DNA of 64,000 bases from Polaromonas sp. (GCA_043781295.1 JAYWBS010000223.1:2270-66269); one strand, 5' to 3'; positions 1 through 10,059 are shown, counted from the stretch's first letter. Notes: a model not told the origin generated them from the letters alone. A program made the numbers and translations.

Positions 1-25
1 TGAGCTGCCAAAATCGCGGTGACCT

Positions 26-448
26 CTAACGCAAACTATTGGCTATGGTGGATATCTGAGGTACGTCCTCCGGTGGCTCTAAAACCTCTACCCCGTCTAT
101 TCGGAAAAGAATGGGAACCAAATTAGAGTTTGCAAAAACCGTAGCAGTTTTATTCCAGAATACGGAAAAGATATGGTTCAGCCCATCCGTTGTTTGACTA
201 CATCTAGGCTGACCTTCTCCAGTGTTAACGAATATCCAGTCACCTTTCTCCACCATACCATCGCCAAACCAAAATAGTGAATTTTGCAAAGGCCGTGCAA
301 GCTTTGAGTGTTGGTATATGCCGAGCATGATGCCGTATTGACCAAGATTGACTCCCTCTCTTACTCTCAAGGCGATGGACTCTTCATTAGGCAACCCTCG
401 ACCTAGTACTGCGACGATGGATATCTCCGGTATGTCGTTCACTATCAT
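26..448 (-). CDS. hypothetical protein, possibly lamin-tail-domain-like beta-sandwich
   Basis: ATG at 448 overlaps the upstream stop (TAATG). Pattern E-x-I-x-L...NL-x-x-Y...FWF...V-x-x-GD-W-I-F-V-N-T-G-x-G...FWN..TVF-x-N resembles lamin tail domains (by eye). AT-rich DNA. Confidence 0.6.
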   Translation of the reverse strand: MIVNDIPEISIVAVLGRGLPNEESIALRVREGVNLGQYGIMLGIYQHSKLARPLQNSLFWFGDGMVEKGDWIFVNTGEGQPRCSQTTDGLNHIFSVFWNKTATVFANSNLVPILFRIDGVEVLEPPEDVPQISTIANSLR

Positions 449-954
449 TATTTTTTCTCCTTCGATCCTGAGAACCACGCTAAGAGTAAAAGTAGTCCTC
501 CAAACACGAAGGCTCCATATGAATAGTTGTCTGAACCTGAGCGCGACAGCGCGATACCAGCACCTACTAGACTTGTCCCCACGGTAATTCCGAAATTGCG
601 AAGATGTTTATTTCTCCCATCTGAACTGATTTTTTCGACCAATACTGCGTTTTTGATACGCACTATTTCTAGATCGTCGCGTAGTGATTCAATTCGATCG
701 CTCTGTCGGCGACCTTCGATCTTCAATTCACTACATTCAATAGCTAGTTGTCGCGTAGCGGCGCCTATTAGTGTTGCAGAAATTTCACCACCAAACGCTC
801 TCGAGTTGGCTGATGCTAACCCTTCGATGGTGGTTGCTAAATGAAGACTTTGAAATGGGCGCGCCTCGACAAGCATTTGGGACGAATCAGATGCAATTTG
901 ACTGCCACCGCTACCTGATCTATCGGGCACAGGAATGGGAAAATCATTGTTCAT
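448..954 (-). CDS. hypothetical membrane protein (coiled coil plus two C-terminal TM helices)
   Basis: 168-aa ORF with GGAG RBS, heptad-like segment (ELKIE...LRDDLE...LVEKI) and two hydrophobic helices. Confidence 0.7.
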   Translation of the reverse strand: MNNDFPIPVPDRSGSGGSQIASDSSQMLVEARPFQSLHLATTIEGLASANSRAFGGEISATLIGAATRQLAIECSELKIEGRRQSDRIESLRDDLEIVRIKNAVLVEKISSDGRNKHLRNFGITVGTSLVGAGIALSRSGSDNYSYGAFVFGGLLLLLAWFSGSKEKK

Positions 955-1260
955 ATCTACTCCAAGTTACAGAACCATTTCACGCTGGAGATGCCGTACC
1001 CAAGATTGAAGATGCTGCCCTCCACTTACCCATTTAGACATTCGGAATACTCACCTCAGAATCACTTTTTCCAAGAAACAAACCGTCATGTCACTTCCTC
1101 TTATATTACTGTCTACAGTTTTGGCGCTGCTTCCAACATCCAGATGTAATCAATGGCGGACACAAGCAAAAGGCACTAAAGCAATAAATTTTTGCAAAGC
1201 GATTTTTAATCGTGGGCATCGTCTGCAAAATTAGATTAATCGCTCGCATGCAGTGTGAAT

Positions 1261-1287
1261 TGTGATGTGTGATGTGTGATGTGTGAT
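1261..1287 (+). repeat. 7-bp tandem repeat (TGTGATG) x ~4
   Basis: tgtgatg tgtgatg tgtgatg tgtgat immediately after the higA stop. Confidence 0.9.
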
Positions 1288-1598
1288 TAAGCAGACAATG
1301 GCGCAGCCTGAACATGCATAGGCACAGCTTTAAACCGCTGCTTGGCCTGCCAAACGTCATAAGCACTCTGCTCTGCCAGCCATAACCTGGCCTCACCGCC
1401 GCGCGCTAAGCCCAGCCATGCCTCGATACGCAAAGCCATTTCAGGCGAGATAGCCGCACGGCCATTGAGTACCCGTGACAGCGCAACACGCGATACATCA
1501 AGCTGCACTGCTGCTTGGGTGACCGTGAGGCCAAGTGCCGGCAGCACATCGTTGCGCAGCGTCAGGCCGGGGTGTGGGGGATTGAACATGTCTGTCAT
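1287..1598 (-). CDS. higA: HigA-family antitoxin (HTH-XRE); no intact toxin gene adjacent
   Basis: PPHPG...L.LTVTQAA..L.VSR..LSRVLNG.AAISPEMALR..W....YD. Confidence 0.9.
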   Translation of the reverse strand: MTDMFNPPHPGLTLRNDVLPALGLTVTQAAVQLDVSRVALSRVLNGRAAISPEMALRIEAWLGLARGGEARLWLAEQSAYDVWQAKQRFKAVPMHVQAAPLSA

Positions 1599-1726
1599 TG
1601 GAGGTTTAAATCAATGATAAAGCTGAAAACAAAAAATTGTTACTCACATTGACCCAAAGCTACAATTCGCAGAATCGGCAAGGCCGGCTTGAACCGAAAA
1701 AATCAAATACCTAACCACCAAAAACC

Positions 1727-2158
1727 ATGACCACTACCAAGCTCCTGCTCGTGCTGTTTGCCGCCCTTGTCGCTGCGGCCTGTGCCTCTACCCCCATCGG
1801 TAGCGATAGCACGGTGACTGAGGCGACAGCCAAGCAGCTCTCAGGCGATGTGCCTTTGCCGCCGGGCGCTGTCATCAAGCAGCAGGACACGCTGGTCATG
1901 AGCGCAGCCAGCACCTGGCTGGGGCGCATCAGCCTGAGCGTGTCGGGCGAACCGCAGGCGGTGTTTACCTACTTTAAAGACGGCATGCCCGCATCGGGCT
2001 GGACGCTGACATCCAGCTCGTTTTCAAAAACCAGTTTGCTGACCTTCACCAAAGGCGAGCGGGTGGCCAACATTCAAATGCAGGGCACCAGTTTTGGCGG
2101 CAATGATGTGCTGATTACTGTGGCACCGGCTGCGCGGCCAGTTAACAGCCGCCCTTGA
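1727..2158 (+). CDS. putative lipoprotein
   Basis: signal peptide with lipobox VAAC. Confidence 0.75.
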   Translation: MTTTKLLLVLFAALVAAACASTPIGSDSTVTEATAKQLSGDVPLPPGAVIKQQDTLVMSAASTWLGRISLSVSGEPQAVFTYFKDGMPASGWTLTSSSFSKTSLLTFTKGERVANIQMQGTSFGGNDVLITVAPAARPVNSRP

Positions 2159-2199
2159 ACCGCCGCTGATTCAGCTTGGCACAGCAAGCTGCCTGGCAG

Positions 2200-2919
2200 C
2201 TACACCGCGCAGTACTTTTCCTGAATGTCGGTATTGGCCAGCAGCTCGGCAGCGCTACCATGGTGAACAATCTGGCCCTGGTCAACGATGTAGGCGCGGT
2301 CTGAAATCTTCAATGCCCTTTCAACGTTTTGCTCCACCAGCAAAATCGTGATGCCCTTTTGCCGCATGCTGGCAAACAGCTCAAACATTTCATCGACCAA
2401 AATCGGCATGATGCCTTCAGAAGGCTCGTCGAGCAGAATCATGCGTGGCTTGGCCATCATGGCGCGTGCAATCGCCAGCATTTGCTGCTCCCCGCCAGAC
2501 ATCGATGTGCCGTCCTGATGCAGGCGCTCTTTAAGCCGCGGAAAAGTCTGTGCAATCTCGTCAATCATGGCACTCATGTCGCCGCGATTTTTACTGGCGG
2601 TCAAGCCCAACTGCAGGTTTTCAAGCACTGTCAAACTGGGCACAATGCGCCTGTCTTCAGGCACATAAGCCAGGCCCAAATGAAAGCGTTCATGGGTTGC
2701 GAGCGGCATCAGGTCTTGGCCATCAAACATGGCTTTGCCGCCATACTTGCTGACCAGCCCCATCAGCGTGCGCAATGTGGTGGTTTTACCCGCGCCGTTG
2801 CGGCCCATCAATGTGACGATTTCGCCCTGCCTGACTTCAAAATTCAAGCCCTGCACCACGTGGCTGTGGTCATACCAGGCGTTGAGTTGTTCGACTTTTA
2901 GCAATACGTTGGACATCAT
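2200..2919 (-). CDS. branched-chain amino acid-type ABC ATPase (LivF-like)
   Basis: GRNGAGKTT, MSGGEQQ, LDEPSEG; start placed at MMSNVLL. Confidence 0.93.
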   Translation of the reverse strand: MMSNVLLKVEQLNAWYDHSHVVQGLNFEVRQGEIVTLMGRNGAGKTTTLRTLMGLVSKYGGKAMFDGQDLMPLATHERFHLGLAYVPEDRRIVPSLTVLENLQLGLTASKNRGDMSAMIDEIAQTFPRLKERLHQDGTSMSGGEQQMLAIARAMMAKPRMILLDEPSEGIMPILVDEMFELFASMRQKGITILLVEQNVERALKISDRAYIVDQGQIVHHGSAAELLANTDIQEKYCAV

Positions 2920-2932
2920 CAGCTCTGCATGG

Positions 2933-3685
2933 TTAGTTCTGCCCCAAGTAAACGCGCTTGACTTCAGCATTGCTGCGGATGTCGTCAGGGCTGCCTTCAG
3001 CCAATAACTCACCGTGGTGTAGCACCAGCAGGCGCTTGCACAGGCTAAGTACCAGCTTCATTTTGTGCTCAACCAAAATGATGGTGCGCTCAGTCGATAG
3101 CTGGGTAATCAAATCCATCATGACGACGGTTTCTTGCGGTGACATGCCCGCTGTGGGCTCGTCCATCAGCAGCAGCTTGGGCTCGCATGCCAGCGCCATG
3201 GCCACTTCAAGTGAGCGTTGCTGGCCATGTGCCAGGTCACCCGCCAACTTGTTGCGGCTGCTTGTCAAGCCGACCCGGGCAATCAGCACATCGGCCCTGT
3301 CGCCCAGCTCGGCATACGCTCCACGTGCACGCAAAATTTGGTAGCGCGAGGTTTGCATTTGCAGCGCAACACGCACGTTCTCATGCGCGCTCAGGTGCTT
3401 GAAAACGTTGGTGATCTGAAAGCTTTTGGCAATGCCTGCACGCGCGTAGTCGTGCTGGGCCATATGGCTGATGTCACGCCCTTCAAACTCTACTTGCCCA
3501 CTGCTGGGTGCAATGCCACCGCTGATGACGTTAAAGAAGGTGCTCTTACCCGCGCCATTCGGCCCAATGATGGCCGTCAATTCACCCGCCTGAAAGCTTG
3601 TGGTGATGTTGTGCAGCGCCTGAAATTTACCGAAATAACGAGACACAGCAGTGACCTGAATAATGGGTGTTGTACTCACCATCAA
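2933..3685 (-). CDS. ABC ATPase (LivG-like)
   Basis: GPNGAGKST, LAHGQQR, MDEPTAG, VKRVYLG. Confidence 0.93.
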   Translation of the reverse strand: MMVSTTPIIQVTAVSRYFGKFQALHNITTSFQAGELTAIIGPNGAGKSTFFNVISGGIAPSSGQVEFEGRDISHMAQHDYARAGIAKSFQITNVFKHLSAHENVRVALQMQTSRYQILRARGAYAELGDRADVLIARVGLTSSRNKLAGDLAHGQQRSLEVAMALACEPKLLLMDEPTAGMSPQETVVMMDLITQLSTERTIILVEHKMKLVLSLCKRLLVLHHGELLAEGSPDDIRSNAEVKRVYLGQN

Positions 3686-4677
3686 ACACCTCCCGACTTC
3701 AGTTTGCGTTGCCAGCGCGCTACCCAGTCAAGCGCTGTGCCCCACACACCTTTCGGGAAAAACAGCACAAACACCATAAAAATAATGCCCACCACGCCCA
3801 TCCAGTAGCGAGTCACATTGGTAACCACATCTTCAAGATACAAAAATACGGCCGCGCCGATAAACGGCCCCAAAAATGTACCCATGCCGCCCAGCAGACA
3901 CATCATGACGGCTTGGCCTGATTGCAGGTAATGCAGCGAATCAATCGGCACGATGGACAAATGCAAGGCCCGCAACGCACCTGCCAAGCCGCAAATACCG
4001 GCAGACAATACAAACACCAGCAGCTTGCTGCGCGCTACGTCATAGCCACAAGCGGCGGCGCGTTTTTCGTTTTCACGAATCGCTTCAATCACTGCGCCAA
4101 AGGGTGAGTCAAGCAGGCGCGACACAAACCATAAGGCGAGTGCCACAAACATCAAAATCACATAGTATTTATTCAAAGGGTTCAGAAAATCAATGCTGAG
4201 GCCAGGCAAGCCGGGAAAGGTAATGGCTTCTACCCGCACACCGCGCAAACCGTTTTCACCACCGGTCCAGCGCTCTGCCTTGTAAAACCCGTAGTACACA
4301 ATTTGCGCCAGCGCCAGCGTGACCATTGAGAAATAAATGCCCCGCGTGCGAATGGCCAGGTAGCCAATCACCAAGCCAGCAAAGCACGATGACACAACAC
4401 CCACACCAATGGCCGCCCACCAGGGCCAGCCCGCATGCACCACGGCTATGCCCGCCAGGTAGCTGCCGACACCCAGGAAAGCGGCATGGCCAAACGACAG
4501 CATGCCGGTGTAGCCAAACAGCAAATTGAAACCCACGGCATACAAACCAAAAATCAAAATATTGATGGCCAGTGTTTCGTAGGGCATCAAAAAAGGAAAC
4601 ACCAGGAGAAACAGCAGCGACGCCACCATGCGGTGCTGGCGAATACGCTCAATCGCGTTGTTGATAAAAACGTTCAT
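3682..4677 (-). CDS. ABC permease (LivM-like)
   Basis: GYTGMLSFGHAAF, TGGENG, AIRENE..A...G. Confidence 0.92.
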   Translation of the reverse strand: MNVFINNAIERIRQHRMVASLLFLLVFPFLMPYETLAINILIFGLYAVGFNLLFGYTGMLSFGHAAFLGVGSYLAGIAVVHAGWPWWAAIGVGVVSSCFAGLVIGYLAIRTRGIYFSMVTLALAQIVYYGFYKAERWTGGENGLRGVRVEAITFPGLPGLSIDFLNPLNKYYVILMFVALALWFVSRLLDSPFGAVIEAIRENEKRAAACGYDVARSKLLVFVLSAGICGLAGALRALHLSIVPIDSLHYLQSGQAVMMCLLGGMGTFLGPFIGAAVFLYLEDVVTNVTRYWMGVVGIIFMVFVLFFPKGVWGTALDWVARWQRKLKSGGV

Positions 4678-4679
4678 GG

Positions 4680-5564
4680 TCAGCTCATCAAACCGGCTTT
4701 GCCGAAAAAACCTTGCGGCCGGATTAACAGCACCACCGCCATCAAAACAAAGATGGACATTTCTGCATATTCAGGGGCGAACAGCGAGGTCATGGCAAAC
4801 ACAATGCCGACCAGCAAACCGGCAATCACCGCACCGGGCAGCGAGCCCATGCCGCCCACCACGGTCACCACAAATGATTCAGCCAGGATGGGGATGCCCA
4901 TTTCAGGATTGACTGCACGCGTGGGTGCCGCCAGCAAGCCCGACAGCCCCGCAATAGCCGTACCAATACCGAACACCAGCAACCAGACTTTGGAAATGTC
5001 GATGCCCAGCACCTTGACGATTTCTGGGTCGCGTGAGCCCGCACGAATGATCAGGCCGTAGCGTGTTTTTTCAATGAACAGCCACAAACCCAACACAATG
5101 ACGGCGGTGGCTGCTATCAAAAACAAACGGTACAGCGGGAAGTGCCCAAAGCCCAAATTGACCGAACCTTTCAGCTCTACAGGCGTTGAGGTTGGCATAC
5201 CTTCAATGCCGAAAATAATTCGCATCGCTTCAATCAGCACATACGACAGGCCGAACGTGAGCAGCAGCGGATAGTCAATGCCGCGCCCATACAGGGGACG
5301 CACCAAAAACCGTTCGCACACCAAGCCGAGCGCGCCTGTAGCAATCGGCACCAGCACCAGGCTGAACCAGAAGCTGCCCGTCAAGCCCATGGCATAAACA
5401 CCAAAGAAAGCACCCACCATGAAGAACGCGCCATGCGCAAAGTTCACCACAGTCAGCATGCCAAAAATCAATGACAAGCCAATCGCCAGGAGCGCATACA
5501 CGGCCCCCAGCGCAATGCCTGTCATGAGCTGTAGCGCAAACAATTCAAGAGTTAAGTCGGCCAT
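4680..5564 (-). CDS. ABC permease (LivH-like)
   Basis: GLSLIFG...VVNFAHG, VVGGMGS, RPQGFFG. Confidence 0.92.
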   Translation of the reverse strand: MADLTLELFALQLMTGIALGAVYALLAIGLSLIFGMLTVVNFAHGAFFMVGAFFGVYAMGLTGSFWFSLVLVPIATGALGLVCERFLVRPLYGRGIDYPLLLTFGLSYVLIEAMRIIFGIEGMPTSTPVELKGSVNLGFGHFPLYRLFLIAATAVIVLGLWLFIEKTRYGLIIRAGSRDPEIVKVLGIDISKVWLLVFGIGTAIAGLSGLLAAPTRAVNPEMGIPILAESFVVTVVGGMGSLPGAVIAGLLVGIVFAMTSLFAPEYAEMSIFVLMAVVLLIRPQGFFGKAGLMS

Positions 5565-5613
5565 GCAGATTCTTGTTGTTGGTGTGTCATTGATGCGTCA
5601 TGGATGCGCGTGA

Positions 5614-6861
5614 TCAGGTGCTGATCTTGTGACCCATTTCGTCGCAGGTACGCAGATTTTTTTCATCTGGCGCCTCGACTGACAAGACATTGAAGACATC
5701 GTATTTGTCTTTCATGTTCTTGGACTTGGACTCGACAATCACCACCGACTGAATCGACTGGTGGTCGCACTTGCGGTAGAACTGTTCGCCCTTGTACCAG
5801 TTGTAGCGCAACTGACGCAAAGCAATGCTGACCTTGACTGAATCTGTCGATTTGGCATCGCGCACCGCCTGCAGCACGCTGCGCACGCCGGCATAACCCA
5901 AAGCGCCGTAGTCCGATGGCACAGAGCCACCATAAGCCTTGCGGAATTTGTCGTTAAACGCTTTGGCAGCGGGGATTTTATCTTCCATGCCCCAGTAGTA
6001 AGAGGTGCCGCCCAAAATGCCTTCAAACGCTTCTGCGCCGCCAGCCTGGCGCGCCGTGTACAGCAGCACAGGTGCAATCACTTTGGTATTGGCTTTCAGG
6101 CCGAAGTCTGTCACCTGTTTGGCCGCATTGACCAGGTCACGACCAAAGTTGCACAGCACCAGCACGTCGGGCTTGAGGGACTGAATGCGCGGTAAAAAGG
6201 CCGAGTAATCAGCCGCTCCCAGCGGGTGCCGAATGTCTGCCAGTGTTTGCGCACCGAGCGCCTGGCCAGCCCGCTGAAAGCCGCGCACCATTTCATGGCC
6301 GTAGGCGTAGTCAGCCGTCAGGTACACAATTTTTTTGCCAAACTTGGGAAAGGCGTAGCGTGCTACAGCACCCGCCGTCAGGTGCGGGTTCAATGCCTCG
6401 TGAAAGGTGTACAGGCTCCAGTCTTTGGCTTCATTGATGGCATCCGACTGGCTGATGGAATTAAAAATAATTTTACGATCGCGGCACACGGCGTTGATAG
6501 ACAACTGCGTGGCTGCCGACAGTGAGCCAACAACAAAGTTCACCTTGTCTTTTTCAATCAGCTCCAGCGTGCGGGTGGCCGCCTCGCCCGGGTTGAGCTT
6601 GTCATCGCGCACCAGCAATTCAGCTTTCATGCCGTTAAAGCCGCCCGAATCATTGAACTCCTTGATGGCGATTTCGGCAGCGCGCACCTGGTCTTGCGCT
6701 TCAGCAGAAAAAGCGCCCGTTAAGGGCACAGGAAAGCCGATTTTGATGGTCTTGCTTTGTGCGCGAGCCATGCTCAGCAGGGCGGGTGCCACGGCCACAG
6801 CCGCACCGCCCACAATGATGGAGCGGCGGCTTGCGCTGAAAAAAGTAGTCGATATCGTCAT
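5614..6861 (-). CDS. ABC substrate-binding protein (LivJ/K family), Tat-like signal
   Basis: GGAG RBS before ATG 6861; SRR signal; IKIG..PLTG. Confidence 0.9.
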   Translation of the reverse strand: MTISTTFFSASRRSIIVGGAAVAVAPALLSMARAQSKTIKIGFPVPLTGAFSAEAQDQVRAAEIAIKEFNDSGGFNGMKAELLVRDDKLNPGEAATRTLELIEKDKVNFVVGSLSAATQLSINAVCRDRKIIFNSISQSDAINEAKDWSLYTFHEALNPHLTAGAVARYAFPKFGKKIVYLTADYAYGHEMVRGFQRAGQALGAQTLADIRHPLGAADYSAFLPRIQSLKPDVLVLCNFGRDLVNAAKQVTDFGLKANTKVIAPVLLYTARQAGGAEAFEGILGGTSYYWGMEDKIPAAKAFNDKFRKAYGGSVPSDYGALGYAGVRSVLQAVRDAKSTDSVKVSIALRQLRYNWYKGEQFYRKCDHQSIQSVVIVESKSKNMKDKYDVFNVLSVEAPDEKNLRTCDEMGHKIST

Positions 6862-6901
6862 GGTTGTCTCCTGTTGGTAGTCATGAAAATCATTGAAAAA
6901 T

Positions 6902-8104
6902 TTAAACTGAAAACTCTGTCTCGCGCTCGCCAGACAAATCAATAGCGGTTTGCAACATGACGGTACGTGCATCACGCTCCAGGGTTTGATTGCTTGCCTG
7001 CATGTATGCGCCAAGCATGCGGGCACGCTCTACTACGGCCATGCACGGTGCCAAGCGCATTTGCTCGAATGCATGCAATGCATCTGGTGTAGCACCACGC
7101 GCTGCAATGCAGTCGGTTAAGGCCATCGCATCTTCCGCTGCCTTGGTCACGCCCATGCCCACATGCGGGCGCGCCACAAAGGCGGCATCACCCATCAAAG
7201 CAACGCGGCCAAATGCCATTTGGGGGCTGGCGCAGTCATAAATCGGTTGCAAAAACGGTTGTGCTGTTTTTTCCAGCATTTCGGCAAACTGTGGCGCCAG
7301 CAAGTCGCGCGCGGCCTGCCGGGCGCTGGCCACGTGTTGCCAGGCTACTTTGTTGGGGGAGATGCCCTGGGGAAAGTAATTGCCATCGGCATCGGTCATC
7401 AACTCTTTCAGCACTGCTTCACTGGCCGGCCGATACCAGACATAGTTGTATCGTCTTTGGCCACGTGCGGTGGCATTGCCGCTACCCGCCACCGGGTAGC
7501 CAATCAGTTGCTCGCCAGGCGGCAGGCCAAACCCGAAAGTATCAAACACGCTAGCCAAGGTGCGCTGCGACAGTACAGATTCGTCACACACGCCACGCCA
7601 TGCAATGTAGCCTGCGTATTCAGCCTGCACTTGCGGCAAATATTGGGCGCGCACTGCGGAGCGAATGCCGTCTGAGGCAATGGCCAGATCAGCTTCAAAC
7701 ACGCGGCCATCGTCACATTGCACAGTCACGCCATCGCTGCTTTGGTAAAGCTGCGACACGCTGGCACCCTGAACATAGCGCGCAGCGTCAAAAGCTGACC
7801 ACAGCATGGCGTACAAACGACTCCACGAGGTCAGAACCTGGTCTATCGCTGTTTGCGCAATCACTTCACCACTCCTGCCCAGCACGACCCGCTCTTTAAC
7901 AGCCACGCCCAGCGACGCATCAACAACCAAGCCGCAACGTACGAGGGCTGCCATTAACGGCTTGTGGGTCACGATACCTGCGCCGCGGCCATCCAGTGAT
8001 GCACTGGCTTTTTCCAGCACGTGAACATCATGGCCTGCGCGGTGCAGCATATTGGCGGCCAACAAACCACCCAACGAGCCACCAATGACCACGATACGCG
8101 CCAT
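6902..8104 (-). CDS. FAD-dependent monooxygenase, 2,6-dihydroxypyridine 3-hydroxylase (DhpH)-like
   Basis: GGSLGG, DGIRS, YAGYIAWRG, GDAAFVARPH motifs of group A flavoprotein hydroxylases. Confidence 0.85.
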   Translation of the reverse strand: MARIVVIGGSLGGLLAANMLHRAGHDVHVLEKASASLDGRGAGIVTHKPLMAALVRCGLVVDASLGVAVKERVVLGRSGEVIAQTAIDQVLTSWSRLYAMLWSAFDAARYVQGASVSQLYQSSDGVTVQCDDGRVFEADLAIASDGIRSAVRAQYLPQVQAEYAGYIAWRGVCDESVLSQRTLASVFDTFGFGLPPGEQLIGYPVAGSGNATARGQRRYNYVWYRPASEAVLKELMTDADGNYFPQGISPNKVAWQHVASARQAARDLLAPQFAEMLEKTAQPFLQPIYDCASPQMAFGRVALMGDAAFVARPHVGMGVTKAAEDAMALTDCIAARGATPDALHAFEQMRLAPCMAVVERARMLGAYMQASNQTLERDARTVMLQTAIDLSGERETEFSV

Positions 8105-8109
8105 CGTCT

Positions 8110-8583
8110 TTAGGCCCTAACCTGACGGTTGGCCTGGTTTGCATCCAGCGCTGCTTTTTCAGCTGCCGGATAATTGAGTTCCACCACCAGGCCGCACGGG
8201 TCATCCAGAAACAGCTGGTGCAAGCCAATCGATGGCGTCGTGCGCTCGCGGCACGGGACACTGATGGATTCAAGGTGTTTCAGCATGTCAGCCAAGCCCG
8301 TGGCAAAAAACGCAATGTGATCGACAGCACCTGTACCGTGCAGTGACGATTCATCACGGTCGCCAAGATATTTTTTTAACCCTTCCGGGTCGCTTTTATC
8401 AATGCCAATGATGTGGACCACGGCGTTGGCCACGTTGTCATGGCTGCCGTTGTACATCCAGATGCCCGGGAAAGGAAAGTCTGGCCGGGGGCCAGATGAC
8501 AAGCCCAATACCTGGGTATAAAAATCGCAGGTGGCATTCAGATCGGTGGTGCGAATCGAATAGTGGTTCAGTGACAGTGCCAT
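8110..8583 (-). CDS. VOC/glyoxalase-family protein
   Basis: LNHYSIRT, DHIAF, DPCG..VEL. Confidence 0.88.
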   Translation of the reverse strand: MALSLNHYSIRTTDLNATCDFYTQVLGLSSGPRPDFPFPGIWMYNGSHDNVANAVVHIIGIDKSDPEGLKKYLGDRDESSLHGTGAVDHIAFFATGLADMLKHLESISVPCRERTTPSIGLHQLFLDDPCGLVVELNYPAAEKAALDANQANRQVRA

Positions 8584-8585
8584 GT

Positions 8586-9314
8586 TTAAACTTTCATTTT
8601 TGTTGGTTTGCGGTCAAGCACCGGATTGACAGAAAGCAGGTAGGCCAACACTTTGTCGTGAATGTAATCCTCTACATCATCAACCATCACCACGCTTTGC
8701 ACGTCATGCACCGCCTGGCCATAAATCCAGCGCCGAATACCCATGTAGAAAATGTTGCCGTGCAGCCCCAGCAACAGCTCAAGCTCGCGCCCTGTTGGCT
8801 TGCTGCGGCTGACAATACCGCGGTATTTACGGGTCTCGCGCACCAGGCGCGGGAACAGCTTTTCACGCAAAAGTGCAAAATAACGATCAGTGATGTAACG
8901 GTCACTCAAGCCTGAAAAAAGAAAAATCCGCACCCAGTCAGGCTGAAGAATGACTTTGGCATAGTCGTTGTAAAAACGTGTCAACTTTGTTTCAACGTCC
9001 AGTTGCTTGTCGTCCAGCAGCGCTTCCCATTCAGGCTTCCAGCGGCCTTCAAACATTTCTGTATAAACGCGCTCTATCAAGGCCTGCTTGGTTGGGAAGT
9101 AGTGGTACAGCAACGTGTGGGTAATACCCAGTTGCCGGGCCAAATCCCGCAATTGACCGTCAAGACCATGTTCGGAAAAAAACGCCACAGCACCTTCCAC
9201 GATCTGTCGCTCCCGGTCGGCAGGTGTCAGCCGCCGACGGGTGGCATCAGCTGTTGTATTGGCAACAGAAGCTACCGCAGAAGCTTTGGCAGGGTTTTTC
9301 CGGATGGATGGCAT
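8586..9314 (-). CDS. TetR-family transcriptional regulator
   Basis: HTH LRDLARQLGITHTLLYHYFPTK; divergent from coxG; ATG at 9314 preferred. Confidence 0.9.
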   Translation of the reverse strand: MPSIRKNPAKASAVASVANTTADATRRRLTPADRERQIVEGAVAFFSEHGLDGQLRDLARQLGITHTLLYHYFPTKQALIERVYTEMFEGRWKPEWEALLDDKQLDVETKLTRFYNDYAKVILQPDWVRIFLFSGLSDRYITDRYFALLREKLFPRLVRETRKYRGIVSRSKPTGRELELLLGLHGNIFYMGIRRWIYGQAVHDVQSVVMVDDVEDYIHDKVLAYLLSVNPVLDRKPTKMKV

Positions 9315-9360
9315 TGAACAGTTGGTCAATAGTAAGGGTACTAATTTAACGCTTGGTCAA
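9314..9360. promoter_or_regulatory. two palindromic operator candidates resembling the RutR box
   Basis: TTGAACAGTTGGTCAA (9314-9329) and TTTAACGCTTGGTCAA (9345-9360) versus TTGACCAnnTGGTCAA. Confidence 0.6.
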
Positions 9361-9432
9361 TAATTCGGTATCCGGAAAAACCCGACCCCAAAATGCGCAG
9401 GCGAAAAACATCAAACATTCGAGGCATCCGAC

Positions 9433-10059
9433 ATGGAACTACAAGGCAGCGTGACGATTCCCGCCCTTCCCCAGCAAGTATGGCAAGCACTTAACAATCC
9501 GGAAATTTTGCGGCAATGCATTCCGGGCTGCGAGGAAGTACAACAAATATCGCCCGAAGAAATGCACACCCGTGTGCTGCTGCGCATGGGCCCGGTACGC
9601 GCCCGGTTTGCGGGCAAGGTCAAGATGACAGACATCCGCCCCATGCAGGGCTACACACTGAATTTCGAGGGTTCGGGCGGCAGTGCGGGTTTTGCAAAAG
9701 GCAGCTCCGTTATTACCCTTTCATCTGCGGGCGATGCAACGCAGCTTGACTACACCGCGCGGGCAACGGTGGCTGGCAAGCTGGGGCAAATTGGTGGACG
9801 CTTGATAGATGCGTCGTCCAAACAGTTGGCGGACAAGTTTTTTACAAATCTTAAAACTGTGTTGACGGGCGATAGCGCCATGCCAGAAACCGTGATGAGC
9901 AACTCTCAGGCAAGTTCCATTTCTACCCGCCATAGCGAGCCATTGCAGCAATTTCATGGGCCTTCGATGGGCAGTGAAGCCGCACGCCTGGTTTGGTTTT
10001 TTGCAGGAGTTGCAGCCACCAGCATCGGCGTCTGGATGGGCGCGCACTGGTTGCGCTGA
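9433..10059 (+). CDS. CoxG/SRPBCC accessory protein with C-terminal membrane anchor
   Basis: VWQALNNPEIL..CIPGC, GKLGQIGGRLID. Confidence 0.9.
   Translation: MELQGSVTIPALPQQVWQALNNPEILRQCIPGCEEVQQISPEEMHTRVLLRMGPVRARFAGKVKMTDIRPMQGYTLNFEGSGGSAGFAKGSSVITLSSAGDATQLDYTARATVAGKLGQIGGRLIDASSKQLADKFFTNLKTVLTGDSAMPETVMSNSQASSISTRHSEPLQQFHGPSMGSEAARLVWFFAGVAATSIGVWMGAHWLR

Noticed and set aside
967-1089. Short minus-strand ORF with a good RBS and in-frame TGA (possible readthrough peptide)
   Set aside because: Only 12 + 27 codons, with no recognisable motif or SECIS-like hairpin.
2176-2193. sigma54-like TTGGCAC sequence
   Set aside because: GG-to-GC spacing is 11 and it lies between convergent genes.
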